Below are positions 1 to 9,377 of a DNA stretch of 51,416 nucleotides, in pieces (the first letter of the stretch is position 1; each line of letters begins with the position of its first letter). The notes beneath the pieces are model-generated. The model saw only the letters and a list, made by a program, of their open reading frames with translations, searched no databases and was not told where the DNA came from. The position numbers and the translations under genes were made by a program. The stretch lies in the NCBI GenBank assembly GCA_900548735.1, contig URMC01000002.1:1-51416 (forward strand), given 5' to 3'. The stretch comes from an uncultured Eubacteriales bacterium (lineage in GTDB: Bacteria > Bacillota > Clostridia > Oscillospirales > CAG-272).

Positions 1-1
1 C

Positions 2-1681
2 AGCTACGGCAATTTCTCCGGCGCTCTCGGCGATTTTCTGCGCAGTCCCGTGTTTTTTCTGCTGATCTTTCTGTTCAGCTACAACATTCTGACAAGCCTT
101 GTCAACATACTCAAGAACGCGGTCAGCCGCATTTCGGGCGAACTGGTCGTGCGGACTGTCAAGCTGGAGATCATGAACAAGGCAAAGGAGCTGGATCTGC
201 AGTCCTTTGACCTCCCCGCTTTCTATGAAAAGCTGGAAAATGCCAACCGCGAAGCGGGAAACCGCCCCGTCCAGATCCTGTCCTCCACCTTCTCCGTGGT
301 CAGCGCGATTATTACGCTGATCTCCTACGTTATCATCCTCGCCTCGGTGCTCTGGTGGGCGGCACTGGTCATCGTTGCCGTGTCGATTCCCTCCGCAATC
401 ATCAATTTTTACTACCGGCACAAGAACTTTGAGTATATGCGCCGCCGCTCGCACGACCGTCGGCAGATGTCCTACTACTCCGACCTGCTGGTCAACAAGG
501 ACCTTGCCAAGGAGATCCGCATCTTCGACCTGTCGGATACCTTCATTGGCAGGTACCGCACCGTGTTCGACAAGTACTTTTCCGGAATCCGGACGCTGAT
601 CCTGCGGGAAAACATCTGGCACGTCATCATCATCGTGGTGTCCTCGGTGGTCAACTGCTGTTTCTATGCTTACTTTGCCTATCTCGTAATCAGCGGCAGG
701 CAGATGATCGGCGACTATACGCTCTACACCGGCGCGCTGACCTCCATCGCCTCGGGCGTGACCACACTGATCACCACTTCCGCCACGATTTACGAAGGCA
801 CGCTGTTTGTGGATAACCTGCTCTCCTTCCTGCACGAAAAGCCCACCGTGGTGCCGCGCCTTGCGGTGCCGGAGCAGCCGGTGCGCGGGGGCGCGCACAC
901 GATCGAACTGCGCGACGTCAGCTTCACCTACCCCGCCGCGACAAAGCCGGTGCTGGATCACATCAACCTCACGCTCCGCCCCGGGGAGACCGTGGCGCTG
1001 GTCGGCGTGAACGGCGCGGGCAAAACCACCCTGATCAAACTGCTGACAAGACTCTATGACCCTACGGAGGGCGAAATTCTGCTCGACGGCAAGGATCTGC
1101 GTGACTACGACGTGAAGGAACTGCGCCGCCTGTTCGGCGTGGTGTTTCAGGATTTCGGCAAATACGCCGCCACGGCGGAAGAAAACATCCGCTTCGGCAA
1201 TCTGAAAAGAGAAGCCGATCGGAGCGCCGTGGAGGAAGCGGCGCGGCACGCGGGCGCCGATACGTTTATCGGCAAACTGCAAAAGGGCTACGACACCCAG
1301 CTGATGCGCTTTTTCGACCGCGAGGGCGCGGAGCTTTCCGGCGGTCAGTGGCAAAAACTCTCCATCGCGCGGGCGTTTTACAGTGACGCGGACATTCTCA
1401 TTCTCGATGAGCCGACCGCTTCGCTTGACCCGCTGGCGGAGCAGGAGGTTTTTCGCCAGTTTGACGAGTTGCGGGAGGGCAAAACCACGGTCTTTGTCTC
1501 CCACCGGCTCTCCTCCGCCACACTTGCCAGCAAGATCGTGGTGCTGGAAAACGGCAGGGTCGCCGAGGAGGGTACGCACCGCGAACTGATGGAGAAAAAC
1601 GGCATTTATGCCCTTCTTTTCCGCACGCAGGCAGAAAGATATCTCGAAAATGCAGGAAACGGGCGGGAAGAAATGCAATAA
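2..1681 (+). CDS. ABC transporter, fused permease/ATP-binding subunit (type I exporter), 5' partial
   Basis: Frame is open to the window edge. Six-TM-like N-terminal half, Walker A GVNGAGKTT, signature LSGGQWQKLSIARAF, Walker B ILILDEPT, H-loop VSHRL. Confidence 0.9.
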   Translation, partial: SYGNFSGALGDFLRSPVFFLLIFLFSYNILTSLVNILKNAVSRISGELVVRTVKLEIMNKAKELDLQSFDLPAFYEKLENANREAGNRPVQILSSTFSVVSAIITLISYVIILASVLWWAALVIVAVSIPSAIINFYYRHKNFEYMRRRSHDRRQMSYYSDLLVNKDLAKEIRIFDLSDTFIGRYRTVFDKYFSGIRTLILRENIWHVIIIVVSSVVNCCFYAYFAYLVISGRQMIGDYTLYTGALTSIASGVTTLITTSATIYEGTLFVDNLLSFLHEKPTVVPRLAVPEQPVRGGAHTIELRDVSFTYPAATKPVLDHINLTLRPGETVALVGVNGAGKTTLIKLLTRLYDPTEGEILLDGKDLRDYDVKELRRLFGVVFQDFGKYAATAEENIRFGNLKREADRSAVEEAARHAGADTFIGKLQKGYDTQLMRFFDREGAELSGGQWQKLSIARAFYSDADILILDEPTASLDPLAEQEVFRQFDELREGKTTVFVSHRLSSATLASKIVVLENGRVAEEGTHRELMEKNGIYALLFRTQAERYLENAGNGREEMQ

Positions 1682-1705
1682 ATCCCGGAAACGACCTTTT
1701 TCCTC

Positions 1706-1735
1706 TTGACATTTCGTTGCTGTATACCTTATAAT
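1706..1735 (+). promoter_or_regulatory. sigma-A-like promoter upstream of aspartokinase
   Basis: TTGACA (1706-1711), 18-nt spacer, TATAAT (1730-1735). Confidence 0.5.
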
Positions 1736-1738
1736 ATA

Positions 1739-1767
1739 ACAAGCGGCGTTGCTGCCGCTTGTTTTTT
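1739..1767 (+). terminator. Intrinsic-terminator-like hairpin between promoter and aspartokinase RBS
   Basis: acaagcggc / gccgcttgt 9-bp stem, 6-nt loop, followed by T6. Could terminate the upstream ABC gene or act as a leader attenuator. Confidence 0.4.
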
Positions 1768-1790
1768 ACTTTGCAGAAAAGGAGGCAACT

Positions 1791-3107
1791 ATGCTGACAA
1801 AGGTTGTGAAATTCGGCGGGAGCTCCCTTGCCGACGCCGCGCACTTCCGCCGGGTGGCGGACATCATCCGCAGTGACCCTGCGCGCCGCTTTGTCGTCCC
1901 CTCCGCGCCCGGCAAACGCAGCAAGCACGATACCAAGGTGACCGATATGCTGTACCGTTGCTACGAAATGATCCGCAACCGGGAAAACATTGAGGAATAC
2001 TACAAAAAAATCACCCATCGCTACAACACCATCATTGAGGAACTGGGGCTGGATTTTGACATCTCCGGAGAACTGGAATACATCAAAAACGCGATGCTTC
2101 ACGCCTCCGGGCGGGATTTTGCCGCCTCCCGCGGGGAGTATCTGAACGGGCTGATTCTTGCCAAATACTTAGGGTTTGATTTTGTGGACGCGGAAACCGT
2201 GATTTTCTTCCGCGAGAACGGCAGTTTCGATGAAGAACGCACCAACGACGAGCTGGGCACCGAACTCAAAAAGCACAAAAATGCCGTTATCCCCGGCTTT
2301 TACGGCTGTATGCCCAACGGCACCGTAAAAACCTTTACCCGCGGCGGGTCGGATGTGACCGGCTCCATCGTGGCGCGGGCGGTCGGCGCCGATCTTTACG
2401 AAAACTGGACGGATGTTTCCGGCTTTCTGATGGCGGACCCCCGCGTGGTGGAAAACCCGCCCACAATCGAGACCATCACTTACCGGGAACTGCGGGAGCT
2501 TGCCTATATGGGGGCGACCGTTCTGCACGACGAGGCGATCTTCCCCGTGCGCTATACCGGCATCCCGATCAACATCCGCAACACCAACGCGCCGGATGAC
2601 CCCGGCACCATGATCGTGCGGGAGGCAGGGGGCGCTGACCCCCGGCATGTGATTACCGGAATCGCGGGCAAAAGAAACTTCTCGGTCATCGCCATCGAAA
2701 AAGATATGATGAACGCCGAAATCGGCTTCGGGCGCAAAGTGCTGGAGGTGCTGGAAAACTACGATATTTCGTTTGAACACCTGCCCTCCGGTATTGATAC
2801 AATGTGCGTGATCGTGCCGACTGAGGCGCTGGAGGGAAAGCGGGAGCAGTTGCTTCGCTCCATCCAGCGGCAGACCCATGCCGACCACATTGAAATTCAG
2901 GACGGGATGTGCCTGATTGCCGTGGTGGGGCGCGGCATGGTACGTGCCAAAGGGACCGCGGCGCGCGTTTGTGACGCGGTGTCGGGCGCCGGGGTCAACA
3001 TCCGGATGATCGACCAGGGGTCCAGCGAACTCAATATCATTCTCGGCGTGGATAACGGCGCGTATGAAACCGCGCTGTCCGCTATTTTCCGGGAATTTGT
3101 CAAATAA
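1791..3107 (+). CDS. Aspartate kinase
   Basis: MLTKVVKFGGSSLADA N-terminus typical of the amino-acid kinase fold; C-terminal ACT-like region; RBS aaaggagg 6 nt upstream of ATG 1791. Track ORF start 1749 rejected. Confidence 0.9.
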   Translation: MLTKVVKFGGSSLADAAHFRRVADIIRSDPARRFVVPSAPGKRSKHDTKVTDMLYRCYEMIRNRENIEEYYKKITHRYNTIIEELGLDFDISGELEYIKNAMLHASGRDFAASRGEYLNGLILAKYLGFDFVDAETVIFFRENGSFDEERTNDELGTELKKHKNAVIPGFYGCMPNGTVKTFTRGGSDVTGSIVARAVGADLYENWTDVSGFLMADPRVVENPPTIETITYRELRELAYMGATVLHDEAIFPVRYTGIPINIRNTNAPDDPGTMIVREAGGADPRHVITGIAGKRNFSVIAIEKDMMNAEIGFGRKVLEVLENYDISFEHLPSGIDTMCVIVPTEALEGKREQLLRSIQRQTHADHIEIQDGMCLIAVVGRGMVRAKGTAARVCDAVSGAGVNIRMIDQGSSELNIILGVDNGAYETALSAIFREFVK

Positions 3108-3119
3108 GAGGAGCAAAAA

Positions 3120-3461
3120 ATGGATTGTCTGTTCTGCAAAATCATAAAAGGGGAAATCCCCTCGACCAAAGTTTTTGAAAACGAGTGGGTATACGCGTTT
3201 CGTGACATCAACCCGCAGGCGCCCGTGCACGTGCTGGTCATCCCGAAAGAGCATATTCCGGGCGCCGACGGCATCACCGCCGCCAACAGCGCCGCGGTGG
3301 CGCACGTGTTTGAGGCAATCCCCGTGATTGCCGCAGGCGAGGGGCTGACGAACGGCTACCGCGTGATCACCAACTGCGGAGAAGACGGGTGCCAGAGCGT
3401 ACGCCACCTGCATTTCCACCTGCTCGGCGGCAAAAAACTGCCTGAAAATATGGGCGAATGA
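3120..3461 (+). CDS. HIT-family (histidine triad) nucleotide hydrolase
   Basis: 113 aa; histidine triad HLHFHLLGG near the C-terminus; RBS agaggag. Confidence 0.9.
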   Translation: MDCLFCKIIKGEIPSTKVFENEWVYAFRDINPQAPVHVLVIPKEHIPGADGITAANSAAVAHVFEAIPVIAAGEGLTNGYRVITNCGEDGCQSVRHLHFHLLGGKKLPENMGE

Positions 3462-4276
3462 CCGCATTTCCCGTTTTTGACGTGCACACGCACGTCTACC
3501 CGGACGAGCTGGCGCCGAAAGCCACCGCGGGGTTGCACCGCTTTTACGGCGACCTGGAAATTCACGGCAAGGGCACCTTTGCCGAACTTGCCGCCCACTC
3601 GGCGGCGTGCGGCGTGCGCGGATTTTTGCTGCTTGCCGTGGCGACCAATGCGCATCAGGTGCCGCACGTGAACGATTTTGCGGCAAAGACCGTTGCCGCC
3701 GCGCGGCGCGCGGGATTTCTTGCCGCGGGCTTTGCCGGGATGCACCAAGACTTCCCCGACCCTGCGGGAGAGCTGGAACGCGCGGTCTCGCTGGGATTAT
3801 CGGGCGTGAAGATTCATCCGGACATTCAGGGCGTAAATCTGGATGACCCGCGCTTTTTCCCGCTTTACGCGGCATTGGAGGAAAAGGGGTTGCCCGTGTG
3901 CTTTCATATGGGCGACAACCGGGCGGAATACGCGTTTTCCCGCACGGAGCGGCTGCTTGCGCTGACCGGGCGTTTCCCGCGCCTGCGCGTGATTGCCGCG
4001 CACCTCGGCGGCTACCGCGCGTGGGAGCATGTGCAGGCGCTTGCCGCGTGCCCGAACGTGTGGTTTGACGCTTCCAGCACCATGGATTTTCTCTCCCCGG
4101 AAGAAGAGGGGCGTCTCATCCGTGCCCTCGGCGTTTCCCGCGTGATGTTCGGCACCGATTACCCGGTGCGCAGTGTGCGGGAGGAGTTGCCGCGTTTCCT
4201 TGCCCTGCCGGGGTTGACTGACGAAGAAAAGAAAGCGATTTTATATGACAATGCCATCGGTTTTCTCGGGCTTTGA
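3458..4276 (+). CDS. Metal-dependent amidohydrolase-family (TIM barrel) protein
   Basis: N-terminal FDVHTHVYP metal-binding signature, later AAHLGG and GTDYP. ATGA overlap with the HIT gene. Confidence 0.75.
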   Translation: MTAFPVFDVHTHVYPDELAPKATAGLHRFYGDLEIHGKGTFAELAAHSAACGVRGFLLLAVATNAHQVPHVNDFAAKTVAAARRAGFLAAGFAGMHQDFPDPAGELERAVSLGLSGVKIHPDIQGVNLDDPRFFPLYAALEEKGLPVCFHMGDNRAEYAFSRTERLLALTGRFPRLRVIAAHLGGYRAWEHVQALAACPNVWFDASSTMDFLSPEEEGRLIRALGVSRVMFGTDYPVRSVREELPRFLALPGLTDEEKKAILYDNAIGFLGL

Positions 4277-5327
4277 CGCGCCCGATCTCTGGGAACGCTT
4301 GGAAAATGAGTCCCGCGACATCCTGCTGTACGGGATGGGCAACGGGGCGGACAAGATTCTTACCGTGCTGTCGCGGCGCGGCATTCCCGTGGCGGGGATT
4401 TTTGCCAGCGACGGATTTGTGCGCGGGCACTCGTTTCACGGGATGCCGGTGCGCTCCTTTTCCGAAATCGAGGCGACCTATCCGCCCGGCGGGTGTGTGA
4501 TTCTTCCGGCGTTCGGCTCCTCCCGTGCGGAGGTGCTGACCCTTTTTGACCGCGTGGCGGCGCGCTATGAGTTGCTGGTGCCGGATGTGCCGGTCTGCGG
4601 CGAAACCCTGTTTGACCGCGCCTTTTTCACGGCGCACACCGAAGACTTTCTCGCCGCGCGGGGGCTGTTTGCGGACGAGGAATCCCGCCGGATTTTCGAT
4701 TTGGTAATCCGCGCCAGGCTGACCGGAAGTTACGAAACGCTGATGGCGGCGGTCAGCCCCGCGGACACGGCGGAACTGCTCTCGCTCTCCACCGTGACCC
4801 GCGCCGGGGATTTCGGCGCTTACAACGGCGACACGGCAAGAGAACTGATCGGCGCGGCACCGGGGCTTTCCTACCTTCTTTGTGCGGAGCCCGACCCGCG
4901 CAGTTTCAAAAAACTCTCCGAATGGGCGGCAACGTGCGAACGCCCGCAGATCGACTGCCGCCGCGCGGCGGTGAGCGACCGGGCGGGGGCGTTGGCGTTT
5001 GACGCCTCGGGCAACCGCAACGCGGGCGCCGCCACCGGGCGCGCCACCGCCACGGTAAGCGCCGACACGGTGGACGCGCTGTTTGCCGGCGCGCCCGCGG
5101 ATTACCTAAAATTTGATGTGGAAGGCTCGGAAGCGGCGGCATTGCTCGGCTCCGCCGGGACGATTGCCCGCTTTGCCCCGCGCCTGAAAATCGCCTGCTA
5201 CCACCGGGCGGAAGATCTTTTTGCCCTGCCGCAACTTGCTCATCGGCTCTGCCCCTCTTACCGGCTGTATCTGCGCCGGGCAAGGAGCGTACCGGCATGG
5301 GATATTGACCTGCTTTGCCGGGTCTGA
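4245..5327 (+). CDS. FkbM-family methyltransferase with N-terminal Rossmann-like extension
   Basis: C-terminal YLKFDVEGSE matches the FkbM K-x-D-x-E-G-x-E motif. Start uncertain (32-nt overlap with the upstream gene). Confidence 0.7.
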   Translation: MTMPSVFSGFDAPDLWERLENESRDILLYGMGNGADKILTVLSRRGIPVAGIFASDGFVRGHSFHGMPVRSFSEIEATYPPGGCVILPAFGSSRAEVLTLFDRVAARYELLVPDVPVCGETLFDRAFFTAHTEDFLAARGLFADEESRRIFDLVIRARLTGSYETLMAAVSPADTAELLSLSTVTRAGDFGAYNGDTARELIGAAPGLSYLLCAEPDPRSFKKLSEWAATCERPQIDCRRAAVSDRAGALAFDASGNRNAGAATGRATATVSADTVDALFAGAPADYLKFDVEGSEAAALLGSAGTIARFAPRLKIACYHRAEDLFALPQLAHRLCPSYRLYLRRARSVPAWDIDLLCRV

Positions 5328-5339
5328 AAGGAGTTTGAA

Positions 5340-7232
5340 ATGGATATGACGTTAAAACCTCTTGCGCTTTTCCCTTTTACTTCGAAAGAAATCAAGCCCC
5401 GCGGCTGGATGCGTCGCCAACTGGAAATTCAGGCGGCGGGGCTGGCGGGAAATCTGGACAAAATCTGGCCCGACGTGGCGGACAGCAGCTGGATCGGCGG
5501 ATCTCATGACTCATGGGAGCGCGTGCCGTACTGGCTGGACGGGTTTATCCCGCTTGCCTATCTGCTGGACGACGAGGATCTCAAAGCCAGAGCCAAAAAA
5601 TACATTGACGCGATTCTCGCACGGCAGGAGCCGGACGGCTGGCTCTGCCCCTGCGAGCGCAAAGAGCGTTCACGCTATGACACCTGGGCGCTGGAACTGA
5701 TCTCCAAAGTGCTGGTGCTGTGGTACGACTGCTCCGGCGACGAGCGCGTCCCGAACGCGCTGTACCGCGCGATGAAGCAGTTTGACCGCCATACCGACCG
5801 GCATCTGGTGCTGGACTGGGGCTCTACGCGCTGGTTTGAGGTGTTGTTTGCCCTTTACCGCCTGTATGAATGGTACGGCGAAGAGTGGATTCTCTCGCTT
5901 GCCGACAAAATGGGGGCTATCGGAGTGGACTGGAAGCGGGTTTTCACCCGCTGGCAATACGAAAAGCCGCGCTACGGCGACCGCGCGACCTGGGGGCAGC
6001 TTCACCACGTGGTCAACAATGAGATGATGCTGAAATCCGCGGCGCTTTACAGCCGCGTGAGCGGGGAGGACCCCACCGCGTTTTTTGAAGAGGTCTGGGG
6101 CAAGCTGAGCGCCGCGCACGGTCAGCCTTACGGCGTTTTTTCGGGTGACGAGTGCCTTGCCGGCACCTCTCCGATCGCCGGGACCGAGCTTTGCTCGGTG
6201 GTGGAGGCAATGTTCTCCTTTGAAACGCTCCTGTCGGTCACGGGTGACCCCGCCTTTGCCGACAAAACCGAATTTGCGGGCTTCAATGCCCTGCCGGCGA
6301 CCCTGTCGCCCGATATGTGGACGCATCAGTATGTGCAGATGGCAAATCAGATTGCCTGCCGCGTCATCCCGAAGGAAGCCGTGCACTTCACCACCAACAC
6401 GGGCGAGGCGCACCTGTACGGGTTGGAGCCGCACTACGGCTGCTGCACCTCCAATATGGGTCAGGGTTTCCCCAAACTGTGCCTTTCCTCGTTCTTCCGG
6501 AAAGGCAACGGCATTGCCAGCGCCGTGCTGGTGCCTGCCGAACTGCACACGCAGATCGACAGCGCGGACGTATGCGTGACGCTGGACACCGACTACCCGT
6601 TCCGCGGGAGCCTGACCTATACGGTCAGCGTCAGCCATCCGGTTCGGTTTCCGTTTTTCATCCGCATCCCCGGTTTTGCCAAAAGCGCCACGGTGGACGG
6701 AAAGCCCGCTGCCCCCGGCGCGTTTTTCGAGATCGACCGGGAGTGGAGCGGCAGTACGACCGTGCAGGCGGAGCTTTCGTTTGACGCCGAACTGCGTGCC
6801 GGCTATGACGGGATGAAGAGCGTGGTGCGCGGGCCCCTGTTATTTGCACTGAATATTGACGCCGAGTGGCACCCGCTGGAATACGTGCGAGACGGCGTGG
6901 TGCGCAAATTTCCGTATTGCGACTATGAACTGCTGCCCGCCTCCGAGTGGCAGTATGCCCTTGCCGGAACGGACTTTACCCCGGTGGAACTGCCGCTTGA
7001 CGGTGCCTGCCGTTTCTCCCCGGAGAGTGCACCGCTTGCACTGGAAACGGATCTGGTGCGCATTGACTGGGGGGAGGCAAACGGCGTTGCCGCCGCCACC
7101 CCGCGCGACCGCACGCCGATCGGCGAAAAGGTCAGAGCGCGCCTGATTCCTTACGGTTGTACCAACCTGCGGCTCTCGGTGATGCCATTTGCCGGCATTG
7201 CGCCGATTTCAGAAGAACAGCAGGATCATTAA
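5340..7232 (+). CDS. GH127/DUF1680-like beta-L-arabinofuranosidase family protein
   Basis: 630 aa; E-x-C (GTELCSVVEAM) and C-C (HYGCCTSNMGQGFPK) motifs match the Zn/Cys active-site pattern known for GH127; RBS aaaggag. Confidence 0.7.
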   Translation: MDMTLKPLALFPFTSKEIKPRGWMRRQLEIQAAGLAGNLDKIWPDVADSSWIGGSHDSWERVPYWLDGFIPLAYLLDDEDLKARAKKYIDAILARQEPDGWLCPCERKERSRYDTWALELISKVLVLWYDCSGDERVPNALYRAMKQFDRHTDRHLVLDWGSTRWFEVLFALYRLYEWYGEEWILSLADKMGAIGVDWKRVFTRWQYEKPRYGDRATWGQLHHVVNNEMMLKSAALYSRVSGEDPTAFFEEVWGKLSAAHGQPYGVFSGDECLAGTSPIAGTELCSVVEAMFSFETLLSVTGDPAFADKTEFAGFNALPATLSPDMWTHQYVQMANQIACRVIPKEAVHFTTNTGEAHLYGLEPHYGCCTSNMGQGFPKLCLSSFFRKGNGIASAVLVPAELHTQIDSADVCVTLDTDYPFRGSLTYTVSVSHPVRFPFFIRIPGFAKSATVDGKPAAPGAFFEIDREWSGSTTVQAELSFDAELRAGYDGMKSVVRGPLLFALNIDAEWHPLEYVRDGVVRKFPYCDYELLPASEWQYALAGTDFTPVELPLDGACRFSPESAPLALETDLVRIDWGEANGVAAATPRDRTPIGEKVRARLIPYGCTNLRLSVMPFAGIAPISEEQQDH

Positions 7233-8273
7233 ATGAACAAAATCACACTTTTCCTGAAAGGCATTGTCATCGGCTTTGCCAGCCTTGCCGTGCCGGGTCT
7301 GAGCGCCAGCACCATCGCCATTGTCCTTTTCGTCTACTATGATATGATCTACGCGATCAGCCATATCCTGAAACAGCCGCGCAAGAGCATTTCATTTCTC
7401 GGCGTGCTGCTGGCAGGATACGGCGTGGGCGCGCTGTTCGGCGCGGTGATGGTCAACACGCTCTATATCCGCTTTACCGTGCCCGTGGTGGCTGCGGTGC
7501 TGGGGTTTCTCATCGGCAGTATCCCCCGCACGGCAGTGGACAACAAAGAGAACTTCAAACACGTGCCGGACATTCTGATTATGCTGGTTGTCGGCGCGGT
7601 GTTCATCGTTTACTCGCTGGTTATCACCAACGGGCAGGCAGTCTCTTTTGAGGTCATCCGTTTCCCCAAAGACTACATCATCATGTTCTGCGTGGGGTTG
7701 ATTACCTCCACCACACTGGTGGTACCGGGGGTAGACTTTGCCGTCACCCTGATGGCAATGGGCTATTATTACGCCTTTATCGGGCTGACCGGAAACCTTG
7801 TGGTGGGGCTGGTGCACCCGCCGTACAACGGCTATTACTTCCAACAGTTGTTTTTACTGCTGATCTACCTGATCGGCTACGGTGTGGGGTCGTTCCTGTT
7901 CTCCAAAGGGCTTCGTTACGTCATCAAGCGCTTCCCGCGGCAGTTGCAGAGCGTGAACGTGGCACTGATTTTTGTGGCGCCGGTGATCGTAATCGAAAAA
8001 TGCGTGCTCACCAACCCGCTGGTGAATCTGATGCACACTTCGTGGAAACAGTGGGTCTGGGCATTTATCACTTTTGCGGCGGGCTATTTTGCCTATACGT
8101 GGGTACCGATGCTCTGCCGCCACCTGCACCTGATTCCGCAGAACTCCGCGGAGATCATCGCCAAAGAGGCGGACGCGGCGCGGCATGACATCCCGGTAGA
8201 GCAGGTATTGGAGAAAGAAAAGAAAGAAGAACAGTCAGAGCAGCCGATCGACGACCCGTTTGATCAGAAATAA
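7233..8273 (+). CDS. DUF368-family polytopic membrane protein (putative undecaprenyl-phosphate translocase family) with acidic C-terminal tail
   Basis: N-terminal GFASLAVPGLSASTIAIVL resembles the DUF368 IPGVSGGT signature; multiple TM helices; starts immediately after the GH127 stop codon. Confidence 0.65.
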   Translation: MNKITLFLKGIVIGFASLAVPGLSASTIAIVLFVYYDMIYAISHILKQPRKSISFLGVLLAGYGVGALFGAVMVNTLYIRFTVPVVAAVLGFLIGSIPRTAVDNKENFKHVPDILIMLVVGAVFIVYSLVITNGQAVSFEVIRFPKDYIIMFCVGLITSTTLVVPGVDFAVTLMAMGYYYAFIGLTGNLVVGLVHPPYNGYYFQQLFLLLIYLIGYGVGSFLFSKGLRYVIKRFPRQLQSVNVALIFVAPVIVIEKCVLTNPLVNLMHTSWKQWVWAFITFAAGYFAYTWVPMLCRHLHLIPQNSAEIIAKEADAARHDIPVEQVLEKEKKEEQSEQPIDDPFDQK

Positions 8274-8274
8274 G

Positions 8275-8311
8275 AAAAAAGCACCCGGATTTTTCCGGGT
8301 GCTTCTTTTTA
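8275..8311. terminator. Bidirectional intrinsic terminator
   Basis: gcacccgga-tttt-tccgggtgc flanked by an A-run and a T-run, between convergent DUF368 and kdgK genes. Confidence 0.7.
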
Positions 8312-8341
8312 TTTATGTGCCGGAATCCCGGCGCGCGCCTG

Positions 8342-9361
8342 TTATCTTTGCACTCTCCCGCTGCCGTCACCGCCGGCAAGCTGCTCCACCTCGCTCACGC
8401 TGACTAAGTTGTAGTCGCCCTCGATGGTGTGCTTGAGGCACCCTGCCGCCACGGCAAATTCCAGCGCGTCCTGATCGTTTTTCCCGCTTTGCAGGGCGTA
8501 AATCAACCCGGCGCCAAAGCCGTCTCCCCCGCCCACACGGTCCACAATGTGCATCGCATATTTGCGGGAGAAAACCGAATCCTTGCCATTGTACATCATC
8601 GCCGCCCAGTTGTTGTCGGAAGCGGAAATGCTTTCCCGCAGGGTCATCGCCACCTTGGAAAAGCCATAGCGCCCGCAGAGTTCGCGGGCAATGCGGGTAT
8701 AGCCGGCGGGGGTCAGCACGCCGTCAAACAGTTCGTTTGCGGTCGGGGTAATGCCGAAAACGTCCTTTGCCTGCCCGTCATTGGTAATGCAGACGTCCAC
8801 AAAAGGCATCAGTTCACCGATGACCTTTGCCGCCTTTTCGCGCGACCACAGGTTTTGCCGGTAGTTGACATCGGCTGAGACCGTCAGCCCCATCCGTTTG
8901 GCGGTTTTTGCCGCCACCATTGTAATCGCCGCTACATTATCGCCAAGAGCCGGGGTAATGCCGGTAAAATGGAACCATCCGGCGCCCTCAAAAATTTTCT
9001 CCCAGTCAAAATCGGCGGGGTCTGCCAGCGCCATGGAGGAGCCGGCACGGTCATACACCACCTTGGAGGGGCGCTGCGACGCGCCTTTTTCCAGGTAGTA
9101 GAGCCCGAGGCGAGGTCCCCCCCGCACAATGCCGGAAACCCCTACCCCGAAGCGACGGAGCGAATTGATCGCCGCCCCCGCAATATCGTTTTGCGGCAGT
9201 TTGGTCACAAATTCCGCCTCGGTGCCGAAGTTGGCAAGCGACACGGCAACGTTTGCTTCCGCGCCCCCGAAGACCGCGCCGAAACGATCCGCCTGTGAAA
9301 AGCGGAGATAGCCCTCCGGCGCCAGACGTAACATCAATTCTCCAAAGCATATGGTTTTCAT
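8342..9361 (-). CDS. kdgK: 2-dehydro-3-deoxygluconokinase (PfkB family sugar kinase)
   Basis: MKTICFGELMLRLAP N-terminus, C-terminal DRVGGGDGFGAGLIY PfkB signature; RBS gggaggg; immediately downstream of eda. Confidence 0.85.
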   Translation of the reverse strand: MKTICFGELMLRLAPEGYLRFSQADRFGAVFGGAEANVAVSLANFGTEAEFVTKLPQNDIAGAAINSLRRFGVGVSGIVRGGPRLGLYYLEKGASQRPSKVVYDRAGSSMALADPADFDWEKIFEGAGWFHFTGITPALGDNVAAITMVAAKTAKRMGLTVSADVNYRQNLWSREKAAKVIGELMPFVDVCITNDGQAKDVFGITPTANELFDGVLTPAGYTRIARELCGRYGFSKVAMTLRESISASDNNWAAMMYNGKDSVFSRKYAMHIVDRVGGGDGFGAGLIYALQSGKNDQDALEFAVAAGCLKHTIEGDYNLVSVSEVEQLAGGDGSGRVQR

Positions 9362-9377
9362 CTGTTATCCCTCCCGG

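Noticed and set aside
1682-1790. Lysine riboswitch (L-box) upstream of aspartokinase
   Set aside because: Only about 110 nt of intergenic DNA is available, about 50 nt of it after the -10 box. That is too short, and none of the conserved L-box helices are visible.
2169-3875. 568-aa minus-strand ORF across aspartokinase, HIT and amidohydrolase
   Set aside because: It is Arg/Pro/Gly-rich and spans three well-supported plus-strand genes, so it is an antisense artefact.
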